DNA of 64,000 bases from Candidatus Peregrinibacteria bacterium HGW-Peregrinibacteria-1 (GTDB lineage Bacteria > Patescibacteriota > Gracilibacteria > UBA1369 > LOWO2-01-FULL-3). The stretch is from positions 459,995 to 523,994 of the forward strand of contig PGYE01000001.1 of assembly GCA_002839505.1 (NCBI GenBank), written 5' to 3'. Position numbers and translations under genes: made by a program. Below, in pieces: positions 59,595 to 64,000 of this stretch; the first letter of the stretch is position 1; each line of letters starts with the position of its first letter. The notes under the pieces were generated by a model, which saw nothing but the letters and a program-made list of their open reading frames with translations, was not told where the DNA came from and ran no database searches.

Positions 59595-60298
59595 TCCAAC
59601 GCGACTTCACACAATTGGAAAAAAGATTGAACCTCAAATTCTCAAACCTCGATCGTATCAATCAGGCATTCATTCATAAATCCTATGTAAACGAGTACAA
59701 AACTGGCGAGCTTGCCAACAATGAACGCCTAGAATTCCTTGGTGATGCCGTCTTGGAACTCGTCTCCACAAAACATCTCTTCACTCAATATCCTCACCAC
59801 AATGAAGGAGATATGACCGCCTATCGATCCGCACTCGTAAAGGGAAAACACCTAGCACAAGTGGCACGAGAATTGGGCATCGGTGAATACCTTTTCCTTA
59901 GCCGCGGAGAAGAACGCTCCGGAGGTCGAGAAAAAAGCTACATCCTGGCAAACACCATGGAAGCCCTAATTGGAGCTGTCTACCTCGATGAAGGCTACGA
60001 AGCGGCTGAAAAAATGATCCAGACATTCATTTTAACCCAGCTCGATAATATTATCTCTGAAGGACTACATATTGACGCCAAGTCCCACTTGCAAGAATTA
60101 TCGCAAGAAAGGGAGAACTTCACTCCATACTACGAGCTAATCAAGCAAGAGGGACCCGACCACGACAAAATTTTCACCATGGGAGTCTACATCAAAGACA
60201 ATCTCATAGCGCAAGGTAAAGGTTCCAGTAAACAAAAAGCCGAGAACTCCGCTGCCGAAAATGCCCTGGAAAAATTACAATGGAATAACAAGCAATAG
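59591..60298 (+). CDS. rnc: ribonuclease III
   Basis: Signature NERLEFLGDAVLEL, a catalytic MEALIGAVYLD, and a C-terminal dsRBD (GPDHDKIFTMGVYI..GKGSSKQKAENSAAENAL). 4-nt overlap with nusB. Confidence 0.93.
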   Translation: MIQRDFTQLEKRLNLKFSNLDRINQAFIHKSYVNEYKTGELANNERLEFLGDAVLELVSTKHLFTQYPHHNEGDMTAYRSALVKGKHLAQVARELGIGEYLFLSRGEERSGGREKSYILANTMEALIGAVYLDEGYEAAEKMIQTFILTQLDNIISEGLHIDAKSHLQELSQERENFTPYYELIKQEGPDHDKIFTMGVYIKDNLIAQGKGSSKQKAENSAAENALEKLQWNNKQ

Positions 60299-60300
60299 TT

Positions 60301-60732
60301 ATGACTTTTGATGAAAAATCATGCGGAATTATTCTCTTTCATGTCGATGACGATATGGAACGACAATATCTGCTCTTACAATACCCGCAAGGACATTACT
60401 CCTTCATAAAAGGCCATGTCGAGACTATCGATGAATCCGAGCACCACACCGCCATCCGTGAAACCGAAGAAGAGACCGGAATTACCGACCTCACCTTCAT
60501 CGAAGATTTTAAAGAGCAAGTTGCTTACCGCTACAGACGACAAGGCAAAATGTCTCACAAACAGGTTATTTACTTTTTAGCCGTCACCAAAGAAAGAGAT
60601 GTTGTCATATCTCACGAACACCAAAAATTTATCTGGCTCCCTTACGAAAAGGCTCTTGAAAAGCTTACTTTCGACAACGACAAAAGGCTGATTGAAAAGG
60701 GCGAATCCATCGTCAGACAAGAAACCCTCTAA
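60301..60732 (+). CDS. NUDIX hydrolase (Ap4A-hydrolase-like)
   Basis: Nudix box KGHVETIDESEHHTAIRETEEETGI. Confidence 0.8.
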   Translation: MTFDEKSCGIILFHVDDDMERQYLLLQYPQGHYSFIKGHVETIDESEHHTAIRETEEETGITDLTFIEDFKEQVAYRYRRQGKMSHKQVIYFLAVTKERDVVISHEHQKFIWLPYEKALEKLTFDNDKRLIEKGESIVRQETL

Positions 60733-60818
60733 GCCAGCAATACAACCTTCATGCTTCTATTTACGGTTCTCACGACTATTTGTTATATTTGAAACATACT
60801 CAATAAATTTCATTTTTC

Positions 60819-62309
60819 ATGGAGACCAATTCAGCAAAAAGTTCTCAAAAAAGCATTTCAGGAATCACAATAATCCCAGTTTTTAAAGAAACACTAAAGG
60901 CCAAATCTCATAAAAATTACCCCAAATCAATCGGTGAGCAATTCCACATGCTTCTGGAATCGGGGGATTTTTCGGGCGAAATAGGGGAGCAGGCCGTAAG
61001 CTATATCAGTGCTGATGATGTCAAAGCTAAAGTAGTCTTTATTGGACTTGGATCTGCGGCTGACTTTAATGATGTGCACGCTTTACATACTGGCGGATAT
61101 ATCGGAGCGATTTTACGCGACTGTAAAAACAAGGAAGTCCGAATAATACTCGAGGACAAACAAGAACCATTCACCTTGCCATTCTTCACCGGAATGATGC
61201 TCAACACCTATAAAATTGATAAACTCAAAAGCGCCTCAAAGACCTCTGCTCACACCGACGAACTACCGTCAAGCTTGACCTTTGATACTGGCGAAAAATG
61301 GCTATCACAAGAAAAATTGTATGCTAATTTTGAAAAGGCTACCGTTATTTCAAATTCTGTAAGTGTCGTGAAGGATCTAGTCAACCAACCCTCAAATCTT
61401 GTGGACATGGACTATTTCACCGATACTGCCAAAGCAATTGCCAAAGAAAACGGTTACAAATTCTCCATTATTGGCGAATCACAGCTTCGGCAAGAGGGGT
61501 GGGGCGGATTGCTAGCGGTCAACCAAGGTGCCGAATCCGAACCACGATGCCTAGTTTTGGAGTATAAAGGCGGAAAGGCAGATGAAAAACCAATAGCCCT
61601 AGTCGGCAAAGGAGTTTTATTCGATACCGGAGGATACAACCTAAAGCCAACAAACTTTATTGAAACCATGCACTACGACATGGCTGGCGCTGCCACTGTA
61701 ATGGGGGTTTTCACGGCACTAAAAAAATTCAATATCAAGAAGAATGTTGTCGGGATCATGCCACTTGCCGAAAATCTCATCAGTGGCAAAGCCTATCGTC
61801 CATCAGACATAATTACGATGCTTAGTGGGAAAACAGTAGAGATCACAAATACCGATGCCGAGGGAAGACTACTGCTCGCTGATGCTGTCACCCACGCTCA
61901 CAAATACAAACCGACCCAAATTTTCACCATGGCCACCCTGACTGGTGCTGTCGTCGCTGCACTAGGGGACCGTTATACCGGAATTATGGGCAATGATTCC
62001 TCCATCCAAGTTAAACTTCAGAGACTAGGAGAAAAAGTTGATGAAAATGTCTGGTCTTTCCCAATGCCAAAACATTATGTGAAGAAAATGGAGAGTAAAG
62101 TTGCCGATCTCCGCAATTTTGACATTGATACCGGACGCTACGCCGGCACAATCAAAGCTGCCGGATTTATCGAGTATTTTGTCAACGAAACGCCTTGGTG
62201 CCACATGGACATCGCCGGAACAGCCTTCACTAAAGACCCCCAACCCTACCAAACAATCGGCGCAACTGGGCATGGAGTTAGACTATTACTCGAATACCTT
62301 TCCGAATAA
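60819..62309 (+). CDS. pepA: leucyl aminopeptidase (M17 family)
   Basis: VGKGVLFDTGGYNLKP and the M17 signature NTDAEGRLLLADA. Confidence 0.9.
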   Translation: METNSAKSSQKSISGITIIPVFKETLKAKSHKNYPKSIGEQFHMLLESGDFSGEIGEQAVSYISADDVKAKVVFIGLGSAADFNDVHALHTGGYIGAILRDCKNKEVRIILEDKQEPFTLPFFTGMMLNTYKIDKLKSASKTSAHTDELPSSLTFDTGEKWLSQEKLYANFEKATVISNSVSVVKDLVNQPSNLVDMDYFTDTAKAIAKENGYKFSIIGESQLRQEGWGGLLAVNQGAESEPRCLVLEYKGGKADEKPIALVGKGVLFDTGGYNLKPTNFIETMHYDMAGAATVMGVFTALKKFNIKKNVVGIMPLAENLISGKAYRPSDIITMLSGKTVEITNTDAEGRLLLADAVTHAHKYKPTQIFTMATLTGAVVAALGDRYTGIMGNDSSIQVKLQRLGEKVDENVWSFPMPKHYVKKMESKVADLRNFDIDTGRYAGTIKAAGFIEYFVNETPWCHMDIAGTAFTKDPQPYQTIGATGHGVRLLLEYLSE

Positions 62310-62337
62310 AAGCAAAAGATATTCAAGTACTTAAGGC

Positions 62338-63246
62338 TTAGTTTACTGTCAAATAGGCAAAATAAGATGCCGTAACCGCTTCCGCCGAACCAGTGATTGC
62401 CTGCTTGAACTCAGTATCACAGCAGTCTCCCGCGGCAAACACCCCCTTCACATTAGTTGCCGATTTTCGGTCGATCATAATTTCCTCACGAGCATTTAAT
62501 GCTACACCGAGATTTTTTGCCAGTCCCGTCTGTGCAGTATGACCAATAGCCACAAAGATACCATCCATCATAATCTTTTCTCCACTTCCCTTAACTACGA
62601 TACCCTCCATTTTCTCACCACCAAAAACCTCCTCGACTTCAGTATTATAAACGATCTCAATCTTACCGTTTGCCTTGATTCTATCAATATTTATCGGCTC
62701 CGCTCTCAGAATATCTTTTCTCACGATCAAAAATACCTTCTCCGCGTGCTCGCTCAAAAACAAAGCCTCTTTCGCTGCACTATCCCCACCACCGACAACT
62801 CCAACAACTTTTCCCTTAAAAAAGGCACCATCACACAAGGCACAGAATGAAACACCCTTGTGCTCAAACTCCTTTTCTCCCTTCACTCCCAGCTTCTTAT
62901 GCTCCGTCCCAGTTGCTATCAAAACGGTTTTAGACTGATAAACATTTCCACCTGTTGTTACCTCAAACAATAGATTATCACCATCTGACAAATTTTTTAT
63001 ATCAGACACCTTCTCGCTCTTAATCTCTGCTCCCGCCGACTGCGCATGATCATACAGAGACATAGCCAGATCCGGTCCAGAAATCGACTTCACTCCCGGC
63101 CAATTTTCCACCAAATGAGTTGTCGTTATCAGTCCTCCCGGCAATTCCCCCAAAGTTAAAGTCTTAAGTCCCAATCTCGTACCGTACATAGCCGCTGAAA
63201 GCCCACTACATCCAGCTCCAATAATGATCAAGTCATACTTCTCCAT
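62338..63246 (-). CDS. trxB: thioredoxin-disulfide reductase
   Basis: FAD motif YDLIIIGAGCSGLSAA, redox CALCDG, NADPH motif VGVVGGGDSAAKEA, and a C-terminal VFAAGDC. Confidence 0.93.
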   Translation of the reverse strand: MEKYDLIIIGAGCSGLSAAMYGTRLGLKTLTLGELPGGLITTTHLVENWPGVKSISGPDLAMSLYDHAQSAGAEIKSEKVSDIKNLSDGDNLLFEVTTGGNVYQSKTVLIATGTEHKKLGVKGEKEFEHKGVSFCALCDGAFFKGKVVGVVGGGDSAAKEALFLSEHAEKVFLIVRKDILRAEPINIDRIKANGKIEIVYNTEVEEVFGGEKMEGIVVKGSGEKIMMDGIFVAIGHTAQTGLAKNLGVALNAREEIMIDRKSATNVKGVFAAGDCCDTEFKQAITGSAEAVTASYFAYLTVN

Positions 63247-63349
63247 ATAACAAAAAGATTACAAAATTAACATAAAACAACTTTACGCAAACAGTCAGCA
63301 TATGGCAATTTTTTTATCACGCTGCCCAAGGCAAAGACCCTCCAGCAAA

Positions 63350-63381
63350 AGAAAAACCCATCGGTTGCCCGACGAGTTTTT
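63350..63381 (-). terminator. candidate terminator for the SLH-protein gene
   Basis: On the minus strand, ctcgtcgg pairs with ccgatggg (8 bp including two G-U, loop gcaa), followed by TTTTTC. On the plus strand the same pairing has two mismatches. Confidence 0.5.
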
Positions 63382-63488
63382 CCCCTCATTCCTATGAAAA
63401 ATAGATCGTACGTAGTGTTATGTTCTGTTCGCATTTATTTAATGCGAGAAGGAATTATATATCTAACAAAGATAATGTCAATACCAAA

Positions 63489-64000
63489 TTACATTCTATT
63501 CAATAATGCCAACTTATGCAGTATCTCGATGACCTCTCCTCTTGTGCTTAAGAAGTTTGGATTAAGCTGAGCCTGATTAAACAGCTGATAAGAATAAGCC
63601 TTACATGCATAAGCGGAAAACCATTGTGACGCCTCCACATCCCAGTAATTTCCAAAACAATTTCCAACGCTATCCTTTCCCCTTACTCGAGAAGTTTCAA
63701 AAACCAACTTCAAGAGCTCTGCCCGATTAACAGTTGCATCCGGCCTGGCAGTACCAGCACCCCCACCATCACCATTGAACACTCCCATATTGATACCAGT
63801 AGCTAGATAGGGCATATACCACGCCCCTTCTTGCACATCTGAAAACCCAAGGTTACCGACTGTAAAGCTTGATAATCCCAATTTTGCCGTTGTGAAAATC
63901 ACTTTCAGCGTTTCCACTCTATTTATCGGTGCATAAGATCTGAATGTTCCATCACTGTACCCTTGAATTATGCCATTGTCCTTAGCCCACTTTATCGCTT
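63489..64000 (-). CDS. SLH-domain protein, C-terminal part; the gene continues beyond the window end
   Basis: The reading frame stays open upstream of the GTG at 63917 all the way to nt 64000. The extra residues read ..AIKWAKDNGIIQGYSDGTFRSYAPINRVETLKVIF, which is SLH-like. A second SLH-like segment is FSDVQEGAWYMPYLATGINMGVF..VNRAELLKLVF. Confidence 0.7.
   Translation of the reverse strand, partial: AIKWAKDNGIIQGYSDGTFRSYAPINRVETLKVIFTTAKLGLSSFTVGNLGFSDVQEGAWYMPYLATGINMGVFNGDGGGAGTARPDATVNRAELLKLVFETSRVRGKDSVGNCFGNYWDVEASQWFSAYACKAYSYQLFNQAQLNPNFLSTRGEVIEILHKLALLNRM

Overview
This is a densely packed chromosomal window of about 60 genes. It uses the standard genetic code: UGA serves as a stop and long ORFs are intact. 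It contains no rRNA, CRISPR array, transposase or integrase.

Gene content:
- Housekeeping genes: pnp (5' partial), ligA, dnaX, polX, alr-ddl-ftsA, yceD-rpmF-nusB-rnc, trxB, ldh, trhO, comF, an ABC-F ATPase, tRNA-Gly(GCC) and tRNA-Val(GAC).
- Zinc locus: zur-znuACB, divergent from a two-gene permease pair.
- Many peptidases: S8, M20, M1/PepN, M17/PepA and an HExxH protein.
- A conspicuous set of secreted or cell-surface proteins: three SLH-domain proteins, a sortase, a ~1430-aa parallel beta-helix protein, a tail-fibre-like protein with an S74 chaperone domain, and lipoproteins.

Genome style seen directly in the sequence:
- The top strand is strongly A+C-rich whichever strand the genes are on.
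- There are essentially no Shine-Dalgarno motifs.
- Extended -10 promoters (TGnTATAAT) recur, with short leaders.

The gene content suggests a reduced-genome, fermentative organism with a Gram-positive-like envelope, possibly CPR/Patescibacteria-like. This is inference only.

Most interesting items:
1. A dcw-like alr-ddl-ftsA string that continues into a 629-aa membrane protein (possibly baseplate-J-like) and a tail-fibre-like protein, instead of ftsQ/ftsZ.
2. A 335-bp cluster of ~40-nt direct and inverted repeats immediately upstream of the giant beta-helix gene.
3. A three-gene operon of unknown function whose last gene shares a helical module with another orphan gene in the window.
4. A ~460-bp purine-rich non-coding gap between convergent genes that may encode an RNA.

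I could not demonstrate any complete, clearly novel system from the sequence alone.
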